NCBI GenBank assembly: GCA_964291315.2
Contig: OZ219753.1
Coordinates: forward strand, 2,240,001 to 2,304,000
DNA from: Candidatus Poribacteria bacterium
Lineage (GTDB): Bacteria; Poribacteria; WGA-4E; WGA-3G
Reading direction: 5' to 3'
Length of the DNA stretch: 64,000 nucleotides
Shown here: piece by piece, positions 1 to 10,924 of the stretch
How positions within the stretch are numbered: position 1 is the first letter of the stretch
How the letters are laid out: each line of letters begins with the position of its first letter
Program-made: the position numbers and the translations under genes
Notes under the pieces: generated by a model
Seen by the model: the letters and a program-made list of their open reading frames with translations, nothing else
What the model was told of the DNA's origin: nothing
Database searches by the model: none

Positions 1-569
1 TATTCATGCGCACAGATGGCGCGGGGACGAATGCTGCTGAGATTTTTACCATGCAAATCGTACTTTATAGCATTCTTATTAGTTTCGGTATCAGTTGCAA
101 CGGTCTGCGGGAGGAAGCAAGAACATGGTGGATGTTGAAATCCGCTCCGGTCACACCAAAACTCGTATTCACAAGCAAATTTTTGACTGCGTTGTGCTGC
201 ACTGTGGTCTATGCGGAATTCTGGTCGCTCACTGTTATTTATCTGCTTCGAATTCCACGAGAGAATTGGATACCGATGCTACTCATCCCTATTATAACGC
301 TTCCCGCAGTATGTGCAGTGAATACAATGACTGGCACACTCTCGTGGATGGCAGAACTGACACAGCAACCGAAACCTTTCTTGCGAGTTTTAACTTTCAC
401 TGTGATACTCATAGCTGATATAATACTTCTCACGCCCCCGATAATAGCGTGGTATACTCAGAACCTTATAGTGTTTATTGCCTTGATATTCTTTCTTGCC
501 GGTGTCTTCATGATGTCCTATAGGCGGGGAATACATAATACCGGCAAATTGTTGGTTGCACAGCAGTAA
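1..569 (+). CDS. Multi-TM membrane protein, probable ABC-2-type permease (5' truncated by window edge)
   Basis: Several hydrophobic helices; 'E...WWMLKSAPVTPKLVFTSKF' resembles putative ABC exporter permease motifs. Confidence 0.6.
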   Translation, partial: FMRTDGAGTNAAEIFTMQIVLYSILISFGISCNGLREEARTWWMLKSAPVTPKLVFTSKFLTALCCTVVYAEFWSLTVIYLLRIPRENWIPMLLIPIITLPAVCAVNTMTGTLSWMAELTQQPKPFLRVLTFTVILIADIILLTPPIIAWYTQNLIVFIALIFFLAGVFMMSYRRGIHNTGKLLVAQQ

Positions 570-639
570 TGTCCATACACCTAATGAGATTAACTAACAC
601 GTCTGTTTTTACATACATGAGCAGAAGAAAGAAGAGAAT

Positions 640-1170
640 ATGTTGATAGCGTATGAAGGGATGATGCCTAGTGTACATCCATCTGTTTTTGTGGCCCCGG
701 GAGCAATGATTGTTGGTGATGTAACAGTCGCGGAAGAATCGAGCATCTGGTTTAATAGCGTACTCCGCGGCGATTTAGAACCGATCCGTATCGGATGTCG
801 TACCAACATTCAGGACGGTTCGCTGATACACATGGACAAAGAAATTCCGTGTCTCATCGGTGATGATGTTACCATCGGGCACGGTGCGATTCTCCACAGC
901 TGCACCATCGGGAAAGAGGCACTCATAGGTATGGGAGCGGTACTCTTAACAGGGTCGATCATTGGGGAACGTGCCATTATCGCAGCTGGCACGCTCGTAC
1001 GCGAAGGACAGGAGATCCCTCCTGCATCGATTGCTATGGGAGTGCCCGCAAAAGTGCGGCGTGAGGTCACGGAAGTCGAACTTGAACGCGTCCGACGTGG
1101 TAAAAACGATTACGTCCTACGTGGCAAACTGATGAAAAATAGCCTCCAGCAGTCTGCAGCCTGCAGTTAG
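640..1170 (+). CDS. Gamma carbonic anhydrase family (YrdA/CaiE-like) hexapeptide-repeat protein
   Basis: VLRGD, NIQDG..IH, VTIGHGAILHSC, GVPAK motifs. Confidence 0.9.
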   Translation: MLIAYEGMMPSVHPSVFVAPGAMIVGDVTVAEESSIWFNSVLRGDLEPIRIGCRTNIQDGSLIHMDKEIPCLIGDDVTIGHGAILHSCTIGKEALIGMGAVLLTGSIIGERAIIAAGTLVREGQEIPPASIAMGVPAKVRREVTEVELERVRRGKNDYVLRGKLMKNSLQQSAACS

Positions 1171-1239
1171 CAAGAGGCCCCCGGTTTATCAGAAAATCTC
1201 TTTACTGAAAGTTTCTAATAAATAGTAAAAGGAGAAACA

Positions 1240-2280
1240 GTGGCAAAACGAACATGTTTGATGATTGGCGGCAGCGGTATGGCAGGCGGTTGGATTAACA
1301 ATTTCACTACGAGCTTCAAGCATCGCATTGAAATCGTGGGCTTAGCAGACGTGAATAGAGATGTTCTTACCATACAAGGCGAAACGTTGGGCCTCAGCAC
1401 CTCGCAGCTTTTCACAGACTTCAATGAAGCTTGTGCAACCGTGAAAGCAGACTTCTGTGGTATCGCTGTTCCACCGCAATTCCACAGTCCCGCGGCGATT
1501 GCCGCTATGGAAAACGGGATGCCGGTTATTTGCGAAAAGCCGATCGCCGACACGTTGGAAGCAGCGAAAGCAATGGTGCGTACCGCGCAGAAAACCGGAT
1601 TGCCGTGCACTATCATCCAGAACTATCGCTACGCCGATAACAAACAGGAGCTGATTCGCATCCGTGACGAAGGGAGATTAGGACGACTTCAGCATATTGT
1701 CGGCAGATATGCCTGCGATTACCGCCGCTATCTTTCGTGGGGGAAAGCATGGCGACACGATATGGATTTTGGGCTCTTGTTTGAAGGCTCAGTCCACCAC
1801 CTAGACATGCTTCGCTTCCTCTCGGGCGGAGATTGTGAAACCCTGATAGGATTCGGGTGGAACCCAGAATGGTCCAGCTTCAAACACTACTCTAGCGGTC
1901 TCTATATAATGCGGATGAATAACGGTATACATACCTCTTATGAAGGCAATAGCTCATCGGCAGGCATCGTCAACTGCTGGAATCATGAACACTACCGCGC
2001 CGAGTTCGAAGAAGGAGCCGTCGAAATATCGGGCGGAAACCAGATGAAGGTCCACCGCATCGGCGGAGAAACAGAAGTCTACGAGGCACCCGCAATCCGT
2101 TATCAAGCACATCAGTATCTGTTTGATGAGTTCCTGAATTGGCTTGATGGGGACGAACCCTCTGATACACGAATCGAAGATAACATCAAAAGTTTCGTTC
2201 TAGTCATCGCAGCGATGGAAACAACGCTTGACGGGCAACCGAAACAGATTGCCGATTACCTTAGCGATTTGCAACTTTAA
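1240..2280 (+). CDS. Gfo/Idh/MocA family oxidoreductase
   Basis: N-terminal Rossmann fold GGSGMA, CEKP, HHLD; GTG start after AAGGAG. Confidence 0.9.
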   Translation: MAKRTCLMIGGSGMAGGWINNFTTSFKHRIEIVGLADVNRDVLTIQGETLGLSTSQLFTDFNEACATVKADFCGIAVPPQFHSPAAIAAMENGMPVICEKPIADTLEAAKAMVRTAQKTGLPCTIIQNYRYADNKQELIRIRDEGRLGRLQHIVGRYACDYRRYLSWGKAWRHDMDFGLLFEGSVHHLDMLRFLSGGDCETLIGFGWNPEWSSFKHYSSGLYIMRMNNGIHTSYEGNSSSAGIVNCWNHEHYRAEFEEGAVEISGGNQMKVHRIGGETEVYEAPAIRYQAHQYLFDEFLNWLDGDEPSDTRIEDNIKSFVLVIAAMETTLDGQPKQIADYLSDLQL

Positions 2281-2482
2281 GGCGTACGTAGGCGCTTGCG
2301 TTCAGGTCGGTTGTGTCTCGAACAGACCTTAGCTGCGCCTGTGCGCTACTGCCCCACTGTTCACTTAGATTATGAAGCGTTAACAGCCGTTTCATCACCT
2401 CATCACCTTTGACAGGGGCTGTCCGAACGTCTGGTCGATATCGACAGTCTCGATACTGACTATACTTAACCGTTTAAAAGTT

Positions 2483-2779
2483 ATGCTCAACCCAAATAAG
2501 GAAGTACCGCTTCTCCTTGAGGATATTCCCGAATCGGAGCAGCGTGCCCTGCTTGAAAAGGTAGCAACATGGATTGTACGACGCGGTTTGGCGCCCGTTG
2601 CAATCCTCTTCTTAGAGACCGGCAAACCGATTAACTTTCTAGGCAGTCAAATTTTGATCGGATTTAGCCCTTTTATTCAAGCGATTTTCAAAGGAGACGA
2701 ATACCAGAAATTCGCGCTTATCTTGGAAAAAGACGCAAATGTTGAACTGCTTATTGAATTGATTGAGGCGCATTCATGA
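2483..2779 (+). CDS. Conserved hypothetical protein
   Basis: 98-aa ORF with protein-like composition; AILFLETGKPINFLGSQ. Confidence 0.7.
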   Translation: MLNPNKEVPLLLEDIPESEQRALLEKVATWIVRRGLAPVAILFLETGKPINFLGSQILIGFSPFIQAIFKGDEYQKFALILEKDANVELLIELIEAHS

Positions 2780-2915
2780 CGGTTTCGTTGGTAAAATAGG
2801 CGCGAATTCTCTATCAACCACGGGACATGCGAGCCGAAGTACCACGCCTGATTGGATATAGGGAGAAGACCGTTCATGCAAAAACGGTTTTAGCTAATCA
2901 CAAGGAAAGGGAAAA

Positions 2916-4265
2916 ATGGCAATTGAATTGCGAATGATTCAGATGGATCAGACGATGACGAAGGGAAAAATCGGTAAATGGCTCGTCAAAGAAGGCGATA
3001 CCGTCAATCAGGGACAACCGTTACTTGAGATTGAAACCGATAAGGTAGTCCACGAACAGGAGTCGCCTGCTGACGGCGTTATCGTCCAGCTTCTTGCCGA
3101 AGAGGGTGCCAATGTTCCAGTGAATGCCATCTTAGCAATCATCGGGGCCCCGGGGGAAGAAGTGGCACGCGTTGAAGTGGGTGCGGCTGCGGAACAACCA
3201 GCGTCTGTACAATCTGAACAACCCAAAGTAAGTGCATCAACAACTCATGAGATAAAAGCCTCTCCGGCCGCCCGTCAGCTCGCTGAAAAACTCGCTATCG
3301 ACATGACAGCGGTCAAAGCCTCTGGCCCCGGCGGACGTATTCTTGAAAGCGACGTACAACGGTATATCGACTTGAGAGGCCAAATATCTGCTGACGATGC
3401 CTCACGCCTTAAGGCATCGCCGCTTGCTCGGCGTTTAGCGAAAGAACACGGGCTCGATCTGAGATCAATTGTCGGCTCTGGTCCCGATGGCAGAATTGTC
3501 CGCGACGATGTGTTGCAAGCAGACAGCACAGCTTCATCTCTCTCCGCGCCTGTTGTAGAGACAGCTGCCCCTCAGCAGGCAACAGAAATTATTTCTATGA
3601 GCGGTGTCCGCGAGATCATCGCGGAACGAATGACCCTGAGTGTCCAAACGAACGCCAGCGTCACGCTCCACACAGAGATTGACGCAACAAACTTTGTGGA
3701 GCTGCGCGGGATGCTCAACGACAAACTGCAGACGAGAGAGGTGAATCTCACCTATACGGATCTGCTCGTGAAAGTCGTCGCAAATGCGCTGCGGGAACAT
3801 CCACGCCTCAACGCAACGCTTACAGATGACAGGATTCACCTGCTCTCAGAAATTAATATCGGGGTAGCAGTCGCTATAGAAGAGGGTCTAGTGGTACCGG
3901 TCGTTCGAAACGCAGATACTGCAAGGTTATCAGAAATCTCAGCACAGGTGAGCGGTTACGCTGATCGGGCACGTCGCAATCAGCTAACACCCGGAGAACT
4001 TCAAGGCGGTACTTTTACGATTACAAACCTCGGGAATTTTGGGATCGATGCGTTTACCCCTATTATCAATCCACCCGAGAGTGCTATTCTTGGAGTGGGA
4101 CGGATTCTAAAAAAACCGGTTGTTCATGAAGATGAGATTGTTATTCGTAACATGCTGACGTTGAGCTTGACGTTTGACCACCGTGTTGTGGACGGTGCGC
4201 CTGCTGCGCAGTTCCTACACACGATCGCTGGATATATTCAAGATCCGTATTTGTTGTTGGTGTAG
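2916..4265 (+). CDS. 2-oxoacid dehydrogenase E2 (dihydrolipoamide acyltransferase)
   Basis: Lipoyl domain ETDKV, two E3/E1-binding domains (ASPAAR..GPGGRI, ASPLAR..GPDGRI), catalytic DHRVVDG. Confidence 0.95.
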   Translation: MAIELRMIQMDQTMTKGKIGKWLVKEGDTVNQGQPLLEIETDKVVHEQESPADGVIVQLLAEEGANVPVNAILAIIGAPGEEVARVEVGAAAEQPASVQSEQPKVSASTTHEIKASPAARQLAEKLAIDMTAVKASGPGGRILESDVQRYIDLRGQISADDASRLKASPLARRLAKEHGLDLRSIVGSGPDGRIVRDDVLQADSTASSLSAPVVETAAPQQATEIISMSGVREIIAERMTLSVQTNASVTLHTEIDATNFVELRGMLNDKLQTREVNLTYTDLLVKVVANALREHPRLNATLTDDRIHLLSEINIGVAVAIEEGLVVPVVRNADTARLSEISAQVSGYADRARRNQLTPGELQGGTFTITNLGNFGIDAFTPIINPPESAILGVGRILKKPVVHEDEIVIRNMLTLSLTFDHRVVDGAPAAQFLHTIAGYIQDPYLLLV

Positions 4266-4268
4266 TTC

Positions 4269-7200
4269 TTACTCATCCTCATCCGGCTGGATCCCCACTT
4301 TTTCAAACATCAGGTCCAAATACGATTTCTGATCTTCGAAAAGTTTACCGGTAGAACCGTCTTCCTTCTTTTGATGCCAATCGAGTCGAAGTATGTTGTA
4401 GGGCAAGAGATTTTCTCTAACAAACGCAACCGATTCTCGATGTCCTAACTGGGAGCTATCTCGTAACAATAGAAATGCATTGAGGCAGAAGGTTCGCCCT
4501 GTTTCAGCTGCTAACTGCTTTTCGAGAGCGATGAGCGTCTTATCCTCAGATTTTTGAGCGAGTTTAACTTTCGGATGCAGCGTATAGTTGCCCTTTGATC
4601 CCCCGATGATGTCGCGTTCCCCCTTTGGATCAATAAAAATAAGATGTGTTATATTCTTTTGCGTATCAAGCGCCCATAACACAAAATCAGGATAATAGCT
4701 CCCTGCGTCACTTTCTAAATAGATACCGATCTTCTGCATGTTGCGCATCAGATAGAATTCGTATCTTTCGCTCCGTAGGTAACGGATCTTGATATATTCT
4801 GTCAAGTTTTCAACAAACTTCTTTTCACCTGCGTTTAACCGATCGGGGGCTACTTTAACTTCGCGATGCTTGTGTTCTACCTCTTCCTGAGGGAGCATAA
4901 GGGGTTCGTAAATATGCCGATGGCCTCGAGGCAAGTGGAGGCGCAGTCTGTTTTGGAGTTGAAGGTATGGGTTTTCTTGGAGTGCATCCGTTTCAGCGTT
5001 CTCAACCTGCTGCAAAAAGGTGTCCAATTCATCTTGCGTTGGAAATTCTTTTGTCACCGTATATGCATAGATAAAATCGCTCCGTTTTAAGGGTTCATAA
5101 ACATAGTTCGTGCGATTGATATGGGCGTTTATGCGGTTCCGCAAATTACGGGCGACATCAATTACAATCCGATAGTTGAGTCGATCTGTCCAAGCGATCG
5201 GATCTTGTCCCTGCTTTTTATAGCGAATTTCTGTGACGAGCAATAAGAAATTAACGAGGGTCGGTTCATAATTTGCTCTGCTATAGAGTTGGAGCTGGTT
5301 TTTCTGCGCTTCCCGCCGAATAACGGTGGCCAGTTTTGCTCTATTCAAATAACAAGCGTACTTTTCATTGTTCTGCCGTAGATCCTCATAGACATCTGGT
5401 GCGTTCTTTGTTCTATCTGTTCGGTAATCTAGCGTCAGGGGTCTCCAATTATTGAGGGTGCCTGATTTTTCGGTGCCTTCCTCAAGATAGGTATAATGTA
5501 TGCTCCGTCCCTTGAAGGTTACGCGTTTTATCCCGCTGCCTGCCGTCTTGCCCTGCTTAAAAATGGGCAATTTGTGGCGATATTCCTCAAAGTTAACCGC
5601 TGTGCTGCTATCTATTTTAAAAACCGTTGGATTGACCTGAATCTTAAAGACGTGTTGAAGGGCGACTCCTCCGGCGTGAACTTCATCCAGGAACCGTTTC
5701 AGGTAGCTTTGTCGCAAACTATAGACAGTCAATGTTTCCAAGCGCCGGATGTCAGATTCTTTGTTTTGATACGGAAAACGATAGTCGGATTGATGCTCGA
5801 TATACCGCCGTTTTCCATTTCCGCCTTTGCCTCGCAAGCGAACCCCGCGACCGAAGATCTGAATAATCAGGTTTCCTGGGGAGCTCCCTAAGTTAATCAA
5901 ATCGATGACAGAAAGCCGGTAGGAGTTCCAGCCTTCAGCGAACTTACGACTTCCGATCAACACATTTATGGGGCTAGTCTCGTTATCAAGATTCTCAAAT
6001 TGGAGGTTTGGGTCTTTAATTGCCTCAAGGCGCGTTTGGATGCGGCTGTTTTCAATGCTATTGTAAAAGCTGATAGCATCGCCGACGTTAATCATTCCCC
6101 ATTTTTCGCCATCTCCGTAAGAGAGGAGCAGCTCGCTATTACTGTCTGGGTTTCGAGCGATGACTAAGGGCCCGATAATGTCGTCATTGAAGATGGATCT
6201 GAATTTCTGGCGTTCCCGCTCGCTCAATGCTGCGAGATAATCGAGGACTTTCTGGATGTCGGAAACTTCATCATTTCTGCCCTCTTCCTTCGGATTTTCG
6301 ACGGTGTGCCCCATAAACGCCATTAAGGGCCGATGTACCGTCAGGTCATCGTCCGTCCCTTCATCGTCTTGCACTCTATAGAAGGCCTCTAATTTTTCCG
6401 CCATGACTCGGAGACACTCGTCTAGGTTATCCTTAATTTCTGTCTCGGGTTCATCAGCTACTATATCTGCTGCGATAGGCTTGAAGAAGTGGTCTTTGCC
6501 ATAGCCATCGTTATAAAATCGGGCGTAATCGTATCGATAGATGATTGCATTGTCATATTCGTCTTTCAACGTCTTGGCGACATTATGAAAGGTGGCGGAA
6601 TATTCAAATAGGAAGGAATTTCGCACATTGAGGCGGTTCCGGAGTTCTCTGAATTTACCAGACTGCTGACTGGTCAAACCGATGTGTGCTTCGTCCACTA
6701 AAATGAGCCGCCGAATCTCCGCCTCATCTGGCAAATGGAAGTAGTCATCTTCCTTCTGTAGCAGCCCTTGGGTCGTGTCAATGGTGAGTTCGATCCGGTT
6801 ATTATAAGTTTCATTGAGTTTATCGACGTAGGGTTTCAATTCGCGTTCATGCTGTTTAATCAGGTTTGCCAACGGGGTGGTTAGGAAGATTTGAAGGCGT
6901 GCGTTGCCTTTTCGGCAGAAATGATGAAAATATTGGAGGATATTAAGGTGCATGACGAGCGTTTTCCCGCTGCCGGTCGCCATCCAATACGCCAGCATGC
7001 GTTGTGCTTCTGCGTCGCTATTTTCACTGTATCCCTCCGATTGCCGATCAGCAAAAAAGCACTCTGTGAAAAGCAGTGCCAATACCTGATAGTAACGCAG
7101 CTTAAAGGTCTGCCTCGTCAGGTAATGGTAATCGTCCAGGAAGCTCCGAATCCGCTCTAGCGGCTCAACGGGCAGTTGTAATAACCGATCCGGATCATAC

Positions 7201-7289
7201 AATTCAATATTCCGCTTTGTCCCGTCATCTTGAACGTCAATTCTGTTTTCAATTAGGATTTTTGTCTCGTAATCTTGATAAAGTGGCAT
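4269..7289 (-). CDS. res: Type III restriction enzyme Res subunit (SF2 helicase plus PD-(D/E)xK nuclease)
   Basis: MATGSGKT, DEAH, FEYSATF, FAEGWN, QIFGRGVRL, YYPDF..IDPKG; downstream of mod. Confidence 0.9.
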   Translation of the reverse strand: MPLYQDYETKILIENRIDVQDDGTKRNIELYDPDRLLQLPVEPLERIRSFLDDYHYLTRQTFKLRYYQVLALLFTECFFADRQSEGYSENSDAEAQRMLAYWMATGSGKTLVMHLNILQYFHHFCRKGNARLQIFLTTPLANLIKQHERELKPYVDKLNETYNNRIELTIDTTQGLLQKEDDYFHLPDEAEIRRLILVDEAHIGLTSQQSGKFRELRNRLNVRNSFLFEYSATFHNVAKTLKDEYDNAIIYRYDYARFYNDGYGKDHFFKPIAADIVADEPETEIKDNLDECLRVMAEKLEAFYRVQDDEGTDDDLTVHRPLMAFMGHTVENPKEEGRNDEVSDIQKVLDYLAALSERERQKFRSIFNDDIIGPLVIARNPDSNSELLLSYGDGEKWGMINVGDAISFYNSIENSRIQTRLEAIKDPNLQFENLDNETSPINVLIGSRKFAEGWNSYRLSVIDLINLGSSPGNLIIQIFGRGVRLRGKGGNGKRRYIEHQSDYRFPYQNKESDIRRLETLTVYSLRQSYLKRFLDEVHAGGVALQHVFKIQVNPTVFKIDSSTAVNFEEYRHKLPIFKQGKTAGSGIKRVTFKGRSIHYTYLEEGTEKSGTLNNWRPLTLDYRTDRTKNAPDVYEDLRQNNEKYACYLNRAKLATVIRREAQKNQLQLYSRANYEPTLVNFLLLVTEIRYKKQGQDPIAWTDRLNYRIVIDVARNLRNRINAHINRTNYVYEPLKRSDFIYAYTVTKEFPTQDELDTFLQQVENAETDALQENPYLQLQNRLRLHLPRGHRHIYEPLMLPQEEVEHKHREVKVAPDRLNAGEKKFVENLTEYIKIRYLRSERYEFYLMRNMQKIGIYLESDAGSYYPDFVLWALDTQKNITHLIFIDPKGERDIIGGSKGNYTLHPKVKLAQKSEDKTLIALEKQLAAETGRTFCLNAFLLLRDSSQLGHRESVAFVRENLLPYNILRLDWHQKKEDGSTGKLFEDQKSYLDLMFEKVGIQPDEDE

Positions 7290-7346
7290 TATTTCTCTAA
7301 ATATGTGTCAGAAGGATATGTATGCGTGTCACTCTGCTTTCACAGC

Positions 7347-10300
7347 CTACGCTTCAACAGGATCCAACACTCCACCCGGGTCAAAGTCGGATGTTGTGAT
7401 AAGACGGACCTGTCGCAGCTGCGAACCCGCAAGTAGCGTATGCTGATCTGTGTCATAGTTTATGTCTAACTCGGTCGCATCTTTTAAACGAGCATCCGCC
7501 AGAATTGCCAATAACTGAGACGTATCGTCCGCCTCGGTCACGTTGCGGAATATAACCAACTGCTTACCACTCTTCACAACCCGATAGATGCGATCGCCTA
7601 AGTCAAAACGCAGCCGCCGCTGAATAGGGAGCCCCTTTAGGTAGCAGTATGTCTCCAGCACATCTACGAAACCCTCTCTGTTCTCTTTACCGTATCTGAT
7701 GCGGTTAGAAAAGGGAGAGCGCATATCCATACTCAATCGGATCGCGTTTTCCTCGGGGCGATAGAGATATTTGACAGGCGGAGGCTTGTCATCCGTGTTT
7801 AGACGCTTAACTTGTGTAAAGTCGGGGGGGTAATTTGCTAAATTGTTAAGAACATCCTCATATTGTTCCAAGTGCTGATACTTGACAATGCCGATAGTGC
7901 CGTCTATCTCTTTACGGGGGTCGGGTCGCCCGTTCTTCCAATGCTGTGAGAACATGACCCGGTGGATTCGTTCCTTGAGAGTGGTTTCGAAGTAGTCGCC
8001 CATTTCAACGAGGATAAATTTGCGATTGCCTTTGTCAGTCTTGTTGAGGTTAAGCACAGCGTGCCCGGTTGTTCCACTGCCGGCAAAATAATCGAAGACT
8101 GTCTGATCAGCCCCCATACCACAGGCCAATAGACAGTCAGATACAAGATAAACTGATTTCGGAAAGTTGAAATTGCCATTGCCCAAGATTTCCTCTAGTG
8201 CTTTTGTTCCATAGCGGGCAGCAGCATAAGTTCCGGCACTCCACCATGTTTTTGGGACAGCGTTTTCCTGCATACGTGATTTATATTCTACCCGAATGTT
8301 GTCCACGCGTCGAACCCTATATTGGTTTCTCTCTCTTGCTACCTTTTCTTTGCCATGTCGCCACCTTTTTTCTACGCCTGCTTTAATAGGCCAAACAGCT
8401 ACTTCATCCTCATGAGGTTGTTCTAAAACATTGTAAGTTCGTCCCGCTTCATCCCAATTCATATCTGGAATTCGGATAGTATTATCTTGTTTCACGTAAA
8501 TTGGATAGAACATAGTGGGAACATCTATTCTATTGTCGCCTGGGGGGCGCCGTATTAGATTGTCCCATGTGAATCGTCCTTGTGTATCTTGGTGTGGGTA
8601 ACTATTTTTCTGCTTTTCCGTCTTCGGCAACCAACCAGGGGATGCCCCTGAATTTCCATAAAATAGGGCATATTCATGTGCAGGTGAAAAATATCCTCTT
8701 CTCGCTCGCCCCTGCGGATTTGAACGCACTGCAGCAATCCCTAACTCCTTCTCAAAAATATCCACTAAAAGGAAGCGTAACGGTGAAACCTCCACATCAT
8801 CAATAGCAACGCAAATAGTCCCTTCATTTTGTAAAAACTGTTTTGATAGCAAAAGCCTGTCATACATTAGCGATAACCAAGAAGAGTGTTTGTAGTCGTT
8901 TTTATATAGAATTGAAGAACCTTGGGTGTTGTAGGGCGGATCAATATATATACAATTTAACTTTTTTCTATATTTTTCCAGGATAAGATTTAACGCTTGA
9001 AAGTTTTCACTGTTGATTAGAAGTCCATCAAGGTGCGCCTCTACATCGTCAAAATGTGCAAGGAGTTCATCAACAAACGCCTCATCAAAATAACGGGTAT
9101 CTAACGGGAGCGTCGGATATAAACCCTCAAGCAACGGAAACTCCGCCGTCAAGTCAATACCGAACGTCTCACGCCACACAGAAAGTTGTACAGCGTTCTC
9201 CAAAACACGACCCATCAGCTCCTCACGGAAACCAGGATCCCCCGCAGTCACCTCCCAAATCTTGCCCACAGAGATCAGGTAGTCGCTAGAAACTACCTTC
9301 TTCTTCATCAGAAACAGCTGCTTCTGAAACGTCTCAACAGCAACCAACAACGCAATCACTGCATCCGTGACATCACGAAACGCCGTCGCTATCGCAAACG
9401 CCGGGTTTTCAGGACTGGGATTCAAAAGCGTGTCCAGATCACCGAGAATCGTGCTCTGGATATAACGACACTGCTCGGTTTTCAGGAAACCCTCCAAATC
9501 TTTGTGGATAAAGTAGTCCGAATCCAGACCAACAAAAAAGGCGTTCAGATTCTTGTCAAACGCATGAAATCTAAGCACCTGTGGGTGATCCTGCAGCACT
9601 GCCTGCCGCAGCCGCTTATTGCTCCCAAGCGTCCTGAACTCCAGACGATCCGCCAACTTTCCAGCGTAATCCGATAAACTCATACGCATCGCAGCGATCC
9701 CTTGCAACCTACCCTTTTGCACCTTGTCATACGTATCCGACAAGTCCCTAAAGACCGATCTCCCCTGTTCCTCGCCTCTCTTAGGACGCTCATAGAGGTA
9801 GACGCTCACATCATCAGTGTCAGAGAAGATACTCGCATTCAACGCACGATAGAGATCCGCCTTCGGCGTCGAAGCCTCTGCTAAGTGAAAAATAACGCGC
9901 CACGTCGGCTCAGCAGCGTCAGAATGTGCAGGCTCAACTCTATCAAAACGATAATGCTTGAAAGCATCAGGATTGCTATTCTGTGCGACGCTCACACTTG
10001 GCGCACCCTCTAACCTATACTCTATCCGCTGACCTTCCACCTCAAAGGCAACACTATTGAAACCCGAGGCTGTCTTCACGTAGTAGCTGCCTTGGCTCTT
10101 CCAATGGAAGAGTGTATCCGTACCACGATACTCTGCCCGGTCGGGATAATCTATTTTATAGAGTGTGGTGCTTCTCGCATTATAGCCGAAGTCCCCCTCA
10201 CGGTAGTACCCTTCAAAGAAGGTGTGGACATGATTGTAGACGCTGAAAGCGAGCTTGGATATAAGATCCACAGGCTCCGTGCGGAGCGGAGCGATCAGTT

Positions 10301-10634
10301 CGTCTTGCTGCTTATATTCGAGAAAGTCTATGAGCAGTTGAAGGTTACCGGGGACATCGCTGAGATACGCTTGCTCCTTCGCACCGCCTTGGTTTCTAAC
10401 ATATTCTTTGACGGCAACCAGCTGAGCGTCGTACAGTGCCTCTGCAGCTTCTGTGAGGGCTTCGTCTACTATCAGCGGCAGTTTTTCGTCAATGAATCGA
10501 TTAATCTCATCACGCTTGATTTTCAGGATACGGAAGATGCCGAAGTCGAGGTCGTTATGTGCGAAGTGAAACATGTCTCGGAGTTTTTCACGGAGCATCT
10601 TGAGAGCGGCGGCGGCTCGTTGTGATTCGGGCAT
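7347..10634 (-). CDS. mod: Type III modification methyltransferase (Mod), long form
   Basis: SENFQAL, IYIDPPYN, FPKS, DYFAGSGTT, FILVEMG; N-terminal DLDFGIFRI. Confidence 0.9.
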   Translation of the reverse strand: MPESQRAAAALKMLREKLRDMFHFAHNDLDFGIFRILKIKRDEINRFIDEKLPLIVDEALTEAAEALYDAQLVAVKEYVRNQGGAKEQAYLSDVPGNLQLLIDFLEYKQQDELIAPLRTEPVDLISKLAFSVYNHVHTFFEGYYREGDFGYNARSTTLYKIDYPDRAEYRGTDTLFHWKSQGSYYVKTASGFNSVAFEVEGQRIEYRLEGAPSVSVAQNSNPDAFKHYRFDRVEPAHSDAAEPTWRVIFHLAEASTPKADLYRALNASIFSDTDDVSVYLYERPKRGEEQGRSVFRDLSDTYDKVQKGRLQGIAAMRMSLSDYAGKLADRLEFRTLGSNKRLRQAVLQDHPQVLRFHAFDKNLNAFFVGLDSDYFIHKDLEGFLKTEQCRYIQSTILGDLDTLLNPSPENPAFAIATAFRDVTDAVIALLVAVETFQKQLFLMKKKVVSSDYLISVGKIWEVTAGDPGFREELMGRVLENAVQLSVWRETFGIDLTAEFPLLEGLYPTLPLDTRYFDEAFVDELLAHFDDVEAHLDGLLINSENFQALNLILEKYRKKLNCIYIDPPYNTQGSSILYKNDYKHSSWLSLMYDRLLLSKQFLQNEGTICVAIDDVEVSPLRFLLVDIFEKELGIAAVRSNPQGRARRGYFSPAHEYALFYGNSGASPGWLPKTEKQKNSYPHQDTQGRFTWDNLIRRPPGDNRIDVPTMFYPIYVKQDNTIRIPDMNWDEAGRTYNVLEQPHEDEVAVWPIKAGVEKRWRHGKEKVARERNQYRVRRVDNIRVEYKSRMQENAVPKTWWSAGTYAAARYGTKALEEILGNGNFNFPKSVYLVSDCLLACGMGADQTVFDYFAGSGTTGHAVLNLNKTDKGNRKFILVEMGDYFETTLKERIHRVMFSQHWKNGRPDPRKEIDGTIGIVKYQHLEQYEDVLNNLANYPPDFTQVKRLNTDDKPPPVKYLYRPEENAIRLSMDMRSPFSNRIRYGKENREGFVDVLETYCYLKGLPIQRRLRFDLGDRIYRVVKSGKQLVIFRNVTEADDTSQLLAILADARLKDATELDINYDTDQHTLLAGSQLRQVRLITTSDFDPGGVLDPVEA

Positions 10635-10668
10635 ATCTATAGGTTCCTTTCACTTGTCAAATACAGGC

Positions 10669-10698
10669 AGTTTAGCATCAATCCCTGCAAACTGTCAA
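10669..10698 (-). promoter_or_regulatory. Sigma70-type promoter for mod-res
   Basis: TTGACA-18 nt-TAAACT with TG extended -10 on the minus strand. Confidence 0.5.
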
Positions 10699-10924
10699 CA
10701 TTTTTGTTAGGCTCACGCGAGTTTGAAAAATCGTGGGTAGGTATCTTTTGTTGACGAACCTGTTGAAAACTTAAGCAGGGCTGCTATCTAAGAATGTTAA
10801 TAGAACAAATGTCAAAATAGAGCACGAAATTTTTGAGGTGAAACAGCTCTGCTATGGATCGGCAGGGCAGGATGGAAACACTGGTCACTGGTTCTGGCGC
10901 GTGAAGCGGTCAATTATTAAAAAC

